A stretch of DNA of 64,000 nucleotides from Eledone cirrhosa. Lineage: Eukaryota. Location: assembly GCA_964016885.1 (NCBI GenBank), contig OZ024742.1, positions 348,254,001 through 348,318,000 on the forward strand. The letters run 5' to 3'. The position numbers were made by a program, and so were the translations under genes. Positions 1 through 13,600 of this stretch are shown piece after piece; the stretch's first letter is position 1, and every line of letters starts with the position of its first letter. The notes under the pieces are model-generated. The model had not been told where the DNA came from, searched no databases, and saw only the letters and a list, made by a program, of their open reading frames with translations.

Positions 1-2817
1 TGTGGTACGTTGTGGTGTGTTGTGGTGTGTTGTGGGATGTTGTGGTGTGTTGTGGTATGGTGTGGTATGTCATGGTATGTTGTGGTATGTTGTGGTATGT
101 TGTGGCATGTCGTGGTATGTGATGGTATGTTGTGGTGTGTTGTGGTATGTTGTGGTGTGTTGTGGTATGTTGTCCTATGTTCTGTTATGTTGTGGTAGGT
201 CATGGTATGTTGTGGTATGTTGTGGTATGTGATGGTATGTGATGGTTTGTTGTGTTATGTTGTGGTATGTTGTGGTATGTTGTGGTATGTTGTGGTACGT
301 TGTGGTGTGTTGTGGTGTGTTGTGGGATGTTGTGGTATGTTGTGGTATGTTGTGGTATGTTGTGGTGTGGTTGTGGTATGTTGTGGTATGTTGTGGTATG
401 TTGTGGTGTGTTGTGGGATGTTGTGGTATGTTGTGGTATGTTGTGGTATGTTGTGGTGTGTTGTGGTATGTTGTGATATGTTGTGATATGTTGTGGTATG
501 TTGTGGTGTGTTGTGGTATGTTGTGGTGTGTTGTGGTGTGTTGTGATATGTTGTGGTATGTGATGGTATGTTGTGGTATGTCATGGTATGTTGTGGTGTG
601 TCAGGGTATGTCATGGAATGTTGTGGTATGTCTTGGTATGTTGTGGTGTGTTGTGATGTGTTGTGATATGTTATGGTTTGTTGTGGTGTGTTGTAGTATG
701 TTGTGGTATGTTGTGGTATGTCATGGTATGTTGTGGTATGTTGTGGTATGCTGTGGCATGTCGTGGTATGTTGTGGTATGTCATGGTATGTTGTGGTGTG
801 TTGTGGTATGGTGTGGTATGTCATGGTATGTTGTGGTATGTTGTGGTATGTTGTGGCATGTCGTGGTATGTGATGGTATTTGATGGTTTGTTGTGTTATG
901 TTGTGGTATGTTGTGGTATGGTGTGGTATGTTGTGGTATGTCCTGGTATGTCCTGGTAAGTTGTGGTATGTTGTGGTGTGTTGTGGTGTGTTGTGGTATG
1001 TTGTGGTATGTTGTGGTGTGTTGTGGTGTGTTGTGGTATGTTGTGGTATGTTGTGGTATGTTGTGGTATGTGATGGTATGTGATGGTTTGTTGTGTTATG
1101 TTGTGGTATGTTGTGGTATAGTGTGGTATGTTGTGGTATGTTTTGGTAAGTTGTGGTGTGTTTTGGTATGCTGTGGTGTGTTGTGGTGTGTCATGGTATG
1201 TTGTACTATATTGTGGTATGTTGTGGTATGTTGTGGTATGTTGTGGTAAGTTGAGGCATGTCATGGTATGTTGTGGTATATTGTGGTATGTTGTGGTATG
1301 TTGTGGTATGTTGTGGTATGTTGTGGTATGTTGTGGTATGTTGTGGTATGTTGTGGTGTGTTGTGGTGTGTTGTGATATGTTGTGGTATGTTGTGGTATG
1401 TTGTATGTTGTGGTATGTTGTGGTATGTTGTGGTATGTTGTGGTATGTTGTGGTATTTTGTATGTTGTGGTATTTTGTATGTTGTGGTATGTTGTGGTAT
1501 GTTGTGGTATGTTGTATGTTGTGGTATGTTGTGGTATGTTGTGGTATATTGTGGTGTGTCGTGGTATGTCTTGGTATCTTGTGGTGTGTTGTGGTGTGTT
1601 GTGATATGTTGTGGTATGTGATGGTATATTTGGGTATGTTATGGTATGTTATGGAATGTTGTGGTATGTCTTGGTATGTTCTGGTATGTTTTGGTGTTTT
1701 GTGATGTGTTGTGGTATGTCATGTTTTGTTGTGGTGTGTTGTGGTATGTTTTGGTATGTTGTGGTATGTCATGGTATGTCATGGTATGTTGTGGTATGTT
1801 GTGTTATGTTGTGGTATGTTGTGGTATGTTGTGGTATGTTGTGGTATGGTGTGGTATGGTGTGGTATGTTCTAGTAAGTTGTGGTATGTCATGGAAGGTC
1901 ATGGTAATGTTGTTATGTTGTGGTTTGTTATGCTACGTTGTGGTATGCTCTGGTATGTTGTGGTATGTTGTGATATGTTGTGGTACGTTGTGGTATGTTG
2001 TATGTCGTGAGGTGTTGTGGTATGTGATGGTATGTTGTGGTGTGTCTTGTATGTCATGGAATGTTGTGCTATGTTGTGGTATGTTGTGGTGTGTTGTGTT
2101 GTGGTGTGTTGTAGTATGTTGTGGTGTGTCATGGTATGTTGTGGTTTGTTGTCGTATGTTGTGGTATGTTGTGGTATGTTGTGGTGTATTGTGGTATGTT
2201 GTGGTATGTTGTGGTGTGTTGTGTTATGTTGTGATATGTTGTGGTATGTTGTGGTATGTTGTGGCATGTCATGGTATTTTGTGGTATGATGTGTTATGTT
2301 GTGGTGTGTTGTGGTATGTTGTGGTATGTTGTGGTGTGTTGTGGTATGTTGTCGTACGTTCTGTTATGTTGTGGTATATTGTGGTATGTTGTGGTATGTG
2401 ATGGTATGTGATGGTTTGTTGTGTTATGTTGTGGTATGTTGTGGTATGGTGTGTTATGTTGTGGTATGTTCTGGTAAGTTGTGGTATGTTGTGGTATGTT
2501 GTGGTATGTTGTGGTATGTTGTGCTATTTTGTGGTATGTCACGGTTTGTTGTGGTATGTTTTTGTATGTCGTGGAAGGTCATCGTATGTTGTGGTATGTT
2601 GTGCTACGTTGTGCTACATTGTGGTATGCTGTTGTATGTTGTGGTATGTTGTGGTATGTTGTGGTATATTGTGGTATGTTGTGGTATGTTGTGGTAAGTT
2701 GTGGTATGCTGTGGTATGTTGTGGTATGTTGTGGTATGTTGTGGTATATCGTGGTATGTTGTGCTACGTTGTGGTATGCTGTGGTATGTTGTCATAAGTT
2801 GTGGTATGTTGTGGTAT
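1..2817. repeat. 10-bp satellite (TGTGGTATGT)n, left block
   Basis: Direct inspection; the many 'MLWYVVVCCG' and 'HTTTYHNIPQ' ORFs are translations of this repeat. Confidence 0.97.
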
Positions 2818-4617
2818 CATCATCATCATCATCACCGTTTTACGTCCGTTCTACCACGCTAGCATGGGTTAGACGGGTTGTCCTGTTGTGGGCAGTGTCT
2901 GGTCGGCTGACCATGCCTTGCTGATACAGGAACTGATCTGGCTTGATTTCTACAGCTGGATGCCCTTCCTAACACCAACCTCATTTACAGTGAGTGCTGG
3001 GTGCTTTTTCGTGGCGCCTACACGTCCACTTTACAGTGTGGGCTGGGTGCTTTTTTGCCGTGGCACCTCCACGACCACCTTGCGGTGGGGGGAGTGGGGA
3101 CATATTGTTTATATGCTTCAGCATGTACCCATGGGAGGTCGGGTACCCTGTATTACTGCGTGACGCCAGAAGTCACGGTCGTGTGTCATTGACTTTGAGA
3201 GGTGTAGTTGGGTAAGGTCGGCTTTTATCACCTCATCCCAAGTCATCTTGGGTCTCCCCACTCCGCGGTTTCCATCAACTTCTAGTGCTCTGCACCTTTT
3301 TATGCAGCTGTCATCCTTCATACGCATCACATGTCCATACCAGCGTAACCGCCTCTCCTGCACGCAGCATTTGATTCCTCTTATGCTCAGTCTCTCTCTC
3401 AATTCCTTTATGCTTTGTCGTTCACGTATATTACTGTTACACATCTATCGGAGCATGCAGGCTTCGTTTCTCTCTAATCTACGTAAGTCTTCCACCTTCA
3501 GCGCCCAGGTCTCACTACCATGCAACATCGCTGTTCGGATACACGCATCATACAGTCTGCCTTTCATTCTGAGGGAGAAGCCTTTTGCAGCTAGCAGTGG
3601 TAGTAGTTCCCTAAACTTCTTCCATCCCGTTCTTACCCTAGTTATTGTACTTTCTGAGCACCCACCTCCGTTGCTAATTCGGTCACCTAGGTAGCAGAAG
3701 CTGTCTACTGTTTCTACAGGGCCCTCCCAGAGATTGGTGGTACTTGTTTCCTGTGGCTGTTTGCTTGCTGTTTCAGCACAGCTGCTGCATGTGAATCCTA
3801 CATTCTTAATTAAGCTTCCTGAGATCCCGCTACATCTCTTGTGTACCCATTGTTTGCATTTGGGGCAGAGAATAGAGTTCCTACCTACACCTTTCCTACA
3901 TACTGAGCAAGGCCATTTCCCTGAGGGGATCTGGGTTCTGTTTTCTCGTCTACTTACAAGGACCTTAGTCTTTGTCATGTTGACTTTGAGGCCCTTTCTC
4001 TCTAGTCCCTGCTTCCAGGTTTGGAATTTATTCTCTAGTTCTACCATAGATTCAGCTATGAGTGCGAGGTCATCAGCATACAGGAGTTCCCATGGGCATC
4101 CGGTCTTAAACTCCTCCGTTATTGCCTGCAGGACTATGATGAACAGGAGAGGGCTAAGAACAGAGCCCTGGTGGACCCCAACCTGTACGCTAAATTCCTC
4201 GCTATACTCATTGCTAATCCTAACTTTGCTGACTGCTCCCCTATACATGGCTTGTACCGCTTTCACAAGCCATTCATCTACTCCTAGTTTTCTAAGAGCC
4301 CACCAGATTACTGCATGTGGAACTCTGTCAAAGGCTTTCTCAAGGTCGACAAATGCCAAGTAGAGTGGCTTACTTTTAGCTAGGTACTTTTCCTGTAATT
4401 GCCTCACAAGGAAGAGGGCATCAGTGGTGCCTTTCCCTGGTACAAACCCAAATTGCATCTCGTCTATATTCACCCGGTCCCTAATCAGCTGTGCTATAAC
4501 TCTTTCTGTTACTTTCATGACCTGGTCCATCAACTTTATACCTCTATAGTTTCCTCTATCTAGTGCATCGCCTTTACCTTTGTAGCAGTTGACAATGATG
4601 CTACTGCACCAATCTTT
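2818..4617 (-). mobile_element. 5'-truncated RTE-clade LINE (RT with Cys/His finger insert, 3'UTR, (ATG)n tail)
   Basis: ORFs 3445-4533 and 3118-3444 are one frame split by a single TAG (MLR*MC for MLRWMC). Motifs QFGF, FVDLEKAFDRV, GVHQGSVLSP, YADD, RLRWYGHV. (CAT)n at 2818-2832; TGGTAT on both sides. Confidence 0.93.
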
Positions 4618-6950
4618 TGGTATGTAGTGGTATATTGTAGTATGTCATGGTATGTTGTGGTATGTTGTGGTATGTTGTGTTATGTTGTGGTGTGTTGTGG
4701 TATGTTGTAATATGTCATGGTATGTTGTGGTATGTTGTGGTTTGTTGTGATATGTTGTGGTATGTCATGGTATGTTGTGGTGTGTTGTGGTATGGTGTGG
4801 TATGTCATGGTATGTTGTGGTATGTTGTGGTATGTTGTGGCATGTCGTGGTATGTGATGGTATTTGATGGTTTGTTGTGTTATGTTGTGGTATGTTGTGG
4901 TATGGTGTGGTATGTTGTGGTATGTCCTGGTAAGTTGTGGTATGTCCTGGTAAGTTGTGGTATGTTGTGGTGTGTTGTGGTATGTTGTGGTATGTTGTGG
5001 TGTGTTGTGGTGTGTTGTGGTATGTTGTGGTATGTTGTGGTATGTTGTGGTATGTGATAGTATGTGATGGTTTGTTGTGTTATGTTGTGGTATGTTGTGG
5101 TATAGTGTGGTATGTTGTGGTATGTTTTGGTAAGTTGTGGTGTGTTTTGGTATGCTGTGGTGTGTTGTGGTGTGTAATGGTATGTTGTGGTGTGTCATGG
5201 TATGTTGTAGTATATTGTGGTATGTTGTGGTATGTTGTGGTATGTTGTGGTAAGTTGAGGCATGTCATGGTATGTTGTGGTATATTGTGGTATGTTGTGG
5301 TATGTTGTGGTATGTTGTGGTATGTTGTGGTATGTTGTGGTATGTTGTGGTATATTGTGGTGTGTCGTGGTATGTCTTGGTATGTTGTGGTATGTTGTGG
5401 TGTGTTGTGGTGTGTTGTGATATGTTGTGGTATGTGATGGTATATTTGGGTATGTTATGGTATGTTATGGAATGTTGTGGTATGTCTTGGTATGTTCTGG
5501 TGTTTTGTGATGTGTTGTGGTATGTCATGTTTTGTTGTGGTGTGTTGTGGTATGTTTTGGTATGTTGTGGCATGTCATGGTATGTCATGGTATGTTGTGG
5601 TATGTTGTGTTATGTTGTGGTATGTTGTGGTATGTTGTGGTGTATTGCGGTATGTCATGGTATATTGTCGTATGTCATGGTATGTTGTGGTATGTTGTGG
5701 TATGGTGTGCTATTGTGTGGTATGTTCTAGTAAGTTGTGGTATGTGGTGGTATGTTGTGGTATGTCATGGAAGGTCATGGTAATGTTGTTATGTTGTGGT
5801 TTGTTATGCTACGTTGTGGTATGCTCTGGTATGTTGTGGTATGTTGTGATATGTTGTGGTACGTTGTGGTATGTTGTATGTCGTGGAGTGTTGTGGTATG
5901 TCTTGGTATGTTGTGATGTGTTGTGATATGTTGTGGTGTGTTGTGTTATGTTGTGATATGTTGTGGTATGTTGTGGTATGTTGTGGCATGTCATGGTATT
6001 TTGTGGTATGATGTGTTATGTTGTGGTGTGTTGTGGTATGTTGTGGTATGTTGTGGTGTGTTGTGTTGTGGTGTGTTGTAGTATGTTGTGGTGTGTCATG
6101 GTATGTTGTGGTATGTTGTGGTTTGTTGTGGTATGTTGTGGTATATTGTGGTATGTTGTGGTATGTGATGGTATGTGATGGTTTGTTGTGTTATGTTGTG
6201 GTATGTTGTGGTATGGTGTGTTATGTTGTGGTATGTTCTGGTAAGTTGTGGTATGTTGTGGTATGTTGTGGTATGTTGTGGTATGTTGTGCTATTTTGTG
6301 GTATGTCACGGTCTGTTGTGGTATGTTGTGCTATTTTGTGGTATGTCACGGTCTGTTGTGGTATGTTTTTATATGTCGTGGAAGGTCATGGTATGTTGTG
6401 GTATGTTGTGCTACGTTGTGCTACATTCTGGTATGCTGTTGTATGTTGTGGTATGTTGTGGTATGTTGTGGTATATTGTGGTATGTTGTGGTATGTTGTG
6501 GTAAGTTGTGGTATGCTGTGGTATGTTGTGGTATGTTGTGGTATGTTGTGGTATATCGTGGTATGTTGTGCTACGTTGTGGTATGCTGTGGTATGTTGTC
6601 ATAAGTTGTGGTATGTTGTGGTATGTAGTGGTATATTGTAGTATGTCATGGTATGTTGTGGTATGTTGTGGTATGTTATGTTATGTTGTGGTGTGTTGTG
6701 GTATGTTGTAATATGTCATGGTATGTTGTGGTATGTTGTGGTTTGTTGTGATATGTTGTGGTATGTCATGGTATGTTGTGTTATGTTGTGGTGTGTTGTG
6801 GTATGTTGTAATATGTCATGGTATGTTGTGGCATGTTGTGGTTTGTTATGATTTGTTGTGGTATGTCATGGTATGATGTGTTATGTTGTGGTGTGTTGTG
6901 GTATGTTGTAATATATCATGGTAAGTTGTGATATGTTGTTGTATGTCATG
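4618..6950. repeat. 10-bp satellite (TGTGGTATGT)n, right block
   Basis: Same monomer; shares rare diagnostic variants with the left block. Confidence 0.97.
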
Positions 6951-7011
6951 AAATATGATAATTAATTAAGAATTTGGTGTGATTGACACAAGACTATGAT
7001 AATTCTCATTA

Positions 7012-7112
7012 TTAAGTTCAAATCCCGCTGAGTTTAACTTTGCCTTTCAACCTTACGATGTCTATAAAATAAAGTACCAGTAATTGCTGGACTTGTGCCA
7101 AAAGTAGAAACA
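7012..7112 (+). mobile_element. tRNA-derived SINE fragment (B-box plus conserved core)
   Basis: agttcaaatcc B-box followed by aactttgcctttca...ataaaataaagtaccagt...gtgccaaaagtagaaa. Related copies at about 9595-9710 (-), 17760-17875 (+), 26155-26326 (+) and 29445-29510 (-). The core resembles the MetaSINE domain (from memory). Confidence 0.65.
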
Positions 7113-7248
7113 GTTATAATTTTCATTACTAAGATAATAAATTAACTGATGGTTCTTATATAAAATTATGGTGGACGATTTTACTTCAAATAGAAACACT
7201 TTAAAACCAAAGTCAGTTTTGACCAAGTTGGTACGAAAAGAGTTAAAT

Positions 7249-7522
7249 AATCTATTTGACATCAATAAGGACCCTATATAGTCTATTTGACATAAAGAAG
7301 GTCCCTATATAGTCTATTTGACATCAATAAGGTCCCTATATAGTCTACTTGATAACAATAAGGTCCCTATATAGTCTACTTGATAACAATAAGGTCCCTA
7401 TATAGTCTATTTGATATCAATAAGGTCCCTATATAGTCTATTTCATATCAATAAGGTCCTTATATAGTCTACTTAATAACAATAAGGTCCCTATATAGTC
7501 TATTTGATATCAATAAGGTCCT
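7249..7522. repeat. 31-bp minisatellite, about 9 copies
   Basis: Unit ATCAATAAGGTCCCTATATAGTCTATTTGAC. Confidence 0.9.
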
Positions 7523-7597
7523 TAGATTATCAACCAGGTCTCCATATAATTTATTTGACATGAAAATAAGAATTTCAACATTTTCTCAAATTCATTC

Positions 7598-7641
<44 letters not shown>

Positions 7642-7698
7642 TTTATCACATTGTTGTTGTTGTTAATTGATTAGTTCTAATTAACTCTTTAATCACAG

Positions 7699-7777
7699 GG
7701 GTGCTAGTGCTATAGTATACGCTTGTCGGAATAAAAAAGATAATACCCACTGGGCAGTGAAGAAAATTACAAAACGG
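7699..7777 (+). CDS. CAMK4: CaMK4/CaMK1-family Ser/Thr kinase, internal exon A (end of Gly-rich loop to the VAIK lysine)
   Basis: Acceptor ...ctctttaatcacAG|, donor |GTaaga; 79 nt, phase 2 to 0. Translates (R)GASAIVYACRNKKDNTHWAVKKITKR (subdomains I-II, AVK motif) and joins the next exon in frame. Not in the ORF track. Confidence 0.88.
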
Positions 7778-8203
7778 GTAAGATCATTTATCTACAATTT
7801 GTGTGTCTGTGTGTGTGTGTATGTATATGTGTGTGTGAGTTGTGTGTACATGTGTGTGTGAGTGTGTGTGTGTAGAAAAATATCAAGAAGAAAGAGTGCT
7901 CTCTATAAACAGAGCTAATATTTGTTATGATTCATAAACATGATAATTTATTTGCCACCAATGGTTTCATGGTAACATTCATAGCTTGCTGAACTGTAAG
8001 CTATGGATGTCAGTTATATCTTTTTATACACCCCCCCCCCCCCCACACGCACACATACACACACTCACACCCAGTCATTATATTTCTTATATCAATATTT
8101 GTTCTGTCTGTTAATCTAGATGTGTTGTATCTCTTGGGTGTCCAATGTGTTGCAGACATTTGGGTCAGTTTTAGGACCCCCCCCCCTCTCTCTCTCTCTC
8201 TCG

Positions 8204-8238
<35 letters not shown>

Positions 8239-8602
8239 TATAGATAGATAGATAAATATATTACTACTAAAACTCTGTGATTGTGTGTGCGTGTCAGTAA
8301 TTTAATACAGCCAAATTGGCGCATACTAGGAAAATATTTTGAAAGGAAGTTGCCCCTGAAATGGGAATACAAATAGAATAAAACAAGTTTTGTGTAAATT
8401 GGAGCAGAAGTTCATGAGAAACTGGGCTTTTCTGGGTACTTTCATAGAGAGAGAAAAATAGATAGTGGTTGTGAAAGAGACATAAAGAGTGAGAGAAGGA
8501 GACAGAGAAGAAAAATGGAAGAGAGAGAGAGAGCTGGTGGTGTTGAAATTATAACAAGTTGAAATTATAACAAGTGACTTCAAAGAATGATGATGATGAT
8601 GA

Positions 8603-8651
<49 letters not shown>

Positions 8652-8653
<2 letters not shown>

Positions 8654-9200
8654 TTATGCTGGGTTGAATCGGAGGCAACCACAGTAAGTAAGGTACTCAA
8701 TACATAGCAGAGTATAAAAGTTTTAATATAGAAGAGCTTCTACAGGACTAGAACTGTTTCATTCGTGAGAAATCATCAGGAAGCTGGCTGTCCAAGTAAA
8801 TGGTAGTATTTATATCTTTCCTTATCTGGTGGTAGGAGAGGGTGGGGATTGGGATGGGTGTAGGTCATTGGTTGAAGGATTTAAAGAGAAGGGAGTTCAT
8901 TAAAAGCTAATTCTTAAAAGCTATAATATTAACAAAGGCAGAAAGAATACTGTAAACAAGTTCAAAATTGGAATACCAATCCTTGTTTATCACTTAGACT
9001 AACAATGCCTGTAAGACAGGTGTCTACAGGATGGGTGGGGTTCATTGGTTTAAAGAAAAGGGAAATTCTTTAGAAGCTAATTCTTTAAAGCTGAAGTAAG
9101 GGTGACAAAGGCAGAAAGGGTTCCATCAACAGATTCAAGTGTTGGGGTGAGACTCCTTATTGAGAAGTTTCTCTTAATATATATTCCAGGTGTCGACAGA
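8652..9200 (-). mobile_element. Penelope-like element remnant (3' end/pLTR)
   Basis: Contains the hammerhead; degraded GIY-YIG C-terminal-like sequence near 9125-9198; internal direct duplication (about 8860-8945 vs 9030-9118). Confidence 0.45.
8735..8785 (-). ncRNA. Type I minimal hammerhead ribozyme
   Basis: Minus strand: AGCTTC-CTGATGA-TTTCTCACGAAT-GAAA-CAG-TTCTAGTC-CTG-TA-GAAGCT. Stem I 6 bp, intact CUGAUGA/GAAA core, stem III CAG/CTG, GUA cleavage triplet. Confidence 0.75.
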
Positions 9201-9411
9201 CACATTTACACAAGCGCCCACTTACACACGTACACACACATACATGCACACACACACAGGCAGGCACACACACAACAAACATACATAATGGTACATACAT
9301 ACATATATACAAATATATACATACACATATACATATATATGTGTACATACATACGCATACACATATATATACATATAAATATATATATATATATATATAT
9401 ACATATATATG

Positions 9412-9447
<36 letters not shown>

Positions 9448-10254
9448 CACACATACATACATACATATACATACATATACACACACACACACGCTCTCAT
9501 GCGTACTTAATTGGTACAACTGCCCTCTCATACTTGCTGAGCTCCACAGTTTTAAAGTGGTTTCTACAGCTGGACACCTTTCTTAACACCAATAATTGTT
9601 TCTACCTTTGGCACAAGGCCAGTAATTGTCCCAGTACATAACTAGTACTTTATTTTATTGACCCTGAAAGGATGAAAGGCAAAGTTGACCTCAGTGGGAT
9701 TTGAACTCAGACACCAATAATAATACTTAATCGGAGCTACTGTCCTCTTAAATTGTGGCTGGGGCTCACAGATTTAAGGTGGTTCCTACAGCTGGACGCC
9801 CCTCTTAACACCAATAATTTTCTACAGTGTACTGGATAAGTTTTATCATGGCACCATCACTAGGGAGGTTGTAATATTCTTGAAACAAATGAAAAGTCCT
9901 CTCAATATTTTGTTTGGTAAGGTTTTGTACTTTAAGGTCTTGTACTTTAAGCATTTAAACCAGTTGTATTGGGCCAAAATTCTTTCACATCTTTCTGTTC
10001 AAACCAGCCATAACTAGCCACTCATACTGATGATAAGATATTGTTCTAAACATGAATATCATCAAAATCTCATAGATTCTGTAGTATGTGATATAATTAT
10101 ATGAGATAAATCCATTACTGTGAAAATACAATAGTAAATATAGAGTAATGTGAATGCTTAAGGGTTAACTACAAAACTTTAATTGTTGATATCATGATTC
10201 TTTTTCAGACAAAACAACACAGGTCAGTAAAGTAAAACAATTATCTGAGTATCT

Positions 10255-10555
10255 CACACTCTTGCAGATATCACATGGTATGTGTGATATCTACTGTTGT
10301 AGATATTACATGGCACATGTTATATCTACAACAATAGATATAATATAACACATGTAATGTCTACTGTGGTAGATATTACATAGAACTGTAAATCTACCGT
10401 TGTAGATATCACACAGCATATAGTGTATCACTAAATACTGTTGTAGATATCACATGGCACATGTAATGTATCATTGCACCATTAAATAGTTTTGTAGATG
10501 TTATATTGCACACACAGACAGTATATCACTTAACAGTGTTGTAGATATCACATTA
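10255..10555. repeat. Degenerate ~40-50-bp minisatellite with internal palindromes
   Basis: Recurring ttgtagatatcacatggcacatgt...atctac. Confidence 0.6.
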
Positions 10556-10614
10556 AACACCCATCCACCACACCACATGCACCACACCATACCCACACAC
10601 AGACAGTATATCAC

Positions 10615-13600
10615 TTAACATTTTTGATAGCAGCCTGTCTGACATTGTTCCTGGTTTTATGATAAAGAATATTAATTATAACGTCATAGTTTCATGTAAG
10701 AACCTTTGTTAACCCTTTAGTTACCAACCTAGCCAAAACCAACTCTGGTAAAAGGAATTTTAAAGGTTTACAATTTATATTAAAATCTTCCAACATAATT
10801 TTATCGGCAAAAACCAATGACTGTGTCTTCCCCTACCATTCCTTTTGAAGAACATCAACACCAACAACAAAAATCGACCATCAATAAAGAGGTTCCGGAA
10901 GTTCGACAAATGATTTCTGCTTTAAGCCAAGAAATAGCAGGAATCAAATCAAGCATTCATGTAGAACCTCACAATGAGGGATCTTATCGGAGTGTCTTCC
11001 TAAAAGATCTGCCCATAGCTCTTGCTGAATCTAGACGCATTGAGAAAGCCACTACATCTATAAACCACAAAGTAATTGCCATTGGTGTATCAGAGGACAT
11101 AGCTGATCTTCAGGCATTTGCTGCCAGCTCATCCAAAGACCTAGGCTGTGCTCCCCCGAAGAGTTCTCTCTGCCTTGGCCGACCAGGTCCGAAACCCAGA
11201 CTAATTAGGCAGTCTTTTTCAAACTCTACTGAGGCATGTTCATATCTTTTAGCCTCTGATAAAGCTAGGCATGAAAATCAGATTACCTTTCAAACATGCC
11301 CTGGCCTACCACCTGATGTCTGTCCAAAGCTATGTACAGCTTTCTTAAATCACAACTCAGCCCAACATGAAAGCTTCAGCCTATGTGATGATTGGCAAAT
11401 ATGGAAGTTTATTAAGTCTGGTGAAACATGGAACTGGTCTGAGCACACTGTACTCACAATAGCTGGTAATGAAAAAACTGTGGGAAACTAAATTAGAGCA
11501 ACTTGCCATCCCCTACACATCATCACAAACTGAAATCAAGGTACAAATTGTTGTCCTTAATTGCTCAACAAGATGCATCTTTTTTATTATTACGTCAAAA
11601 GTATTGACCCTGATTTCATTACAGTCATGGAAACATGGGCGCATTCCTTACTCTATGATGGGGTTTTCATCATAGCTGACTACAACTTGTTTCACAAAGA
11701 CTGCATTAACCATTGTTGGAGTGGTGTAATGGTCTACGTTTGTTCAAACTTTTCAGTAATTCCTTGCTTTGATTTGAACCAATCACAACAAGAAGTATTT
11801 TTCTGCGATATATGTATGACCATGTCAACAAAAAAATAAAAAATTACTATCAGGACACACAGCTTTGTGATATCCTCAGAGCTGCTTCCAGGAAAACAGT
11901 CACTTATGTTTTTATTGCAGATGACATCAATCACCCTCAGATTGATTGGAAAACCTTTCATTGGCTGCAAAGTGCAAATGATTTCCTTGAAGAGGTGTCA
12001 ACACTTTGCATCTGCTCTTCACCACTACTTCTGAAACAGTTATTAGTGTTACTACTGAGGAACCTTTAGGTACTCTGATCATGCTATGATCATTGACAAT
12101 CTGTCTTTTATGGGCAGTAACAAAAACCACAACCATCTTCAAACTGCTCACTTTGACTGGAATAAAGCAGACTGGAACTCTTACTGCACTGAGCTACAAC
12201 GCCCAAAGTGGCTTGAATTTTACGACTCTGGAGATATGAACACTATACTTCAGAACATCCTGAACTCAATATGGACAGCATGTGCAGCATCAGTGCCACG
12301 TAAGCACAAAAAACATCCCTAAAGTGCAATTTGGGAGACTGCAGCAGTCCGATTTGCCAGGAAAGAATGTCGTAATGCTCAACGTGAATACAAACTGCAT
12401 AGATCAAATATCAATAGAAAAAAGCGGAATAAATCTTCCAACCATCACAAGCAAATGACAAAAAAGGCAGTGCTTGAATTTGAACAGTGCATAGCAACCA
12501 ACCCTGACAGTAAGGTGTTCTGGAAATATATACAATCAAAGCAAAGGCCTCACTCTCTAGTTGGTCCTCTTTGTAATCCCCACACAAGCCAGATCACTGA
12601 CGACCCCAAGGAATGTGCAGAACTCATTGCTGAATGCTATGCAGGAATTTTTAATGTTGAAAACCAAAACGTACCATCTCCACTACCTCTGACATCAAGT
12701 TCTATAACTACACCTGCAATGTTGCGACGTCACCTTAAGAATAAACGCAACCATGCCTCTCCTGGTCTTGATGGTGTTACGCACCTGCTTTTCAAACATG
12801 GTGGGTACTTCCTTCTGCACCAGCTTTCACTCTTCTTTCAATTCTGTCTTAACAACGGTGCTACTCTGGAGCAGTGGAAAACTGCCAGTGTCATTCCTCT
12901 GTTCAAAACAGGTGACCACACGTCACCTGTCAACTATCATCCAGTCAGTCTTACTAGCTGCATTGCCAAACTGATGGAATCCTGTGTCAGAGAAACACTC
13001 TGGAACTTATGGAATTGTAACAGTCTTATCTGGCCCTCGCAATTTGGATTTATCCCTAACTCCAGCTGCCTTGATCAATTTATTGAGTTTCTTGAAGACA
13101 TAACCCGGATCACTGATGGCAGCTCATGGGTGAATGTTGTTTACCTTGACTTTGCTAAAGCTTTTAATTCTGTGCCACACAAAAGACTTATGGCAAAACT
13201 CTCTGCAATGGGTGTGAGAGATGATCTTTTTAACTGGTTGAAGTCCTTCATTCTCAGTCGAAAAGAGGTAGTCACGGTTCTAGGACAGCATTCTTCACCA
13301 TATGAGATGTCATCTGGTGTACCACAGGGATCTGTTCTTGGTTCCCTTTTGTTTGTGGCATATATTAATGACATAGATGCCAACTTAAAGAATGCCACAG
13401 TGCTGAAATATGCAGATGACATCAAGCTGTACCTTGAGATAAAAAGGACAGATCCTGAACACTATAAATCTTTCCTGCAATCAGACCTGGACACAGACTG
13501 GCAACTCAAGTTGGCTGTGGACAAGTGTACTACCAATCATTTTGGGAGGAAAAACCCGGCATCCACATACTCCCTTCACAACATTAATTTCTAGAAGTCT

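Noticed and set aside
1-6950. Cys/Val/Trp-rich or His/Thr-rich ORFs
   Set aside because: Translations of a 10-bp satellite in all frames.
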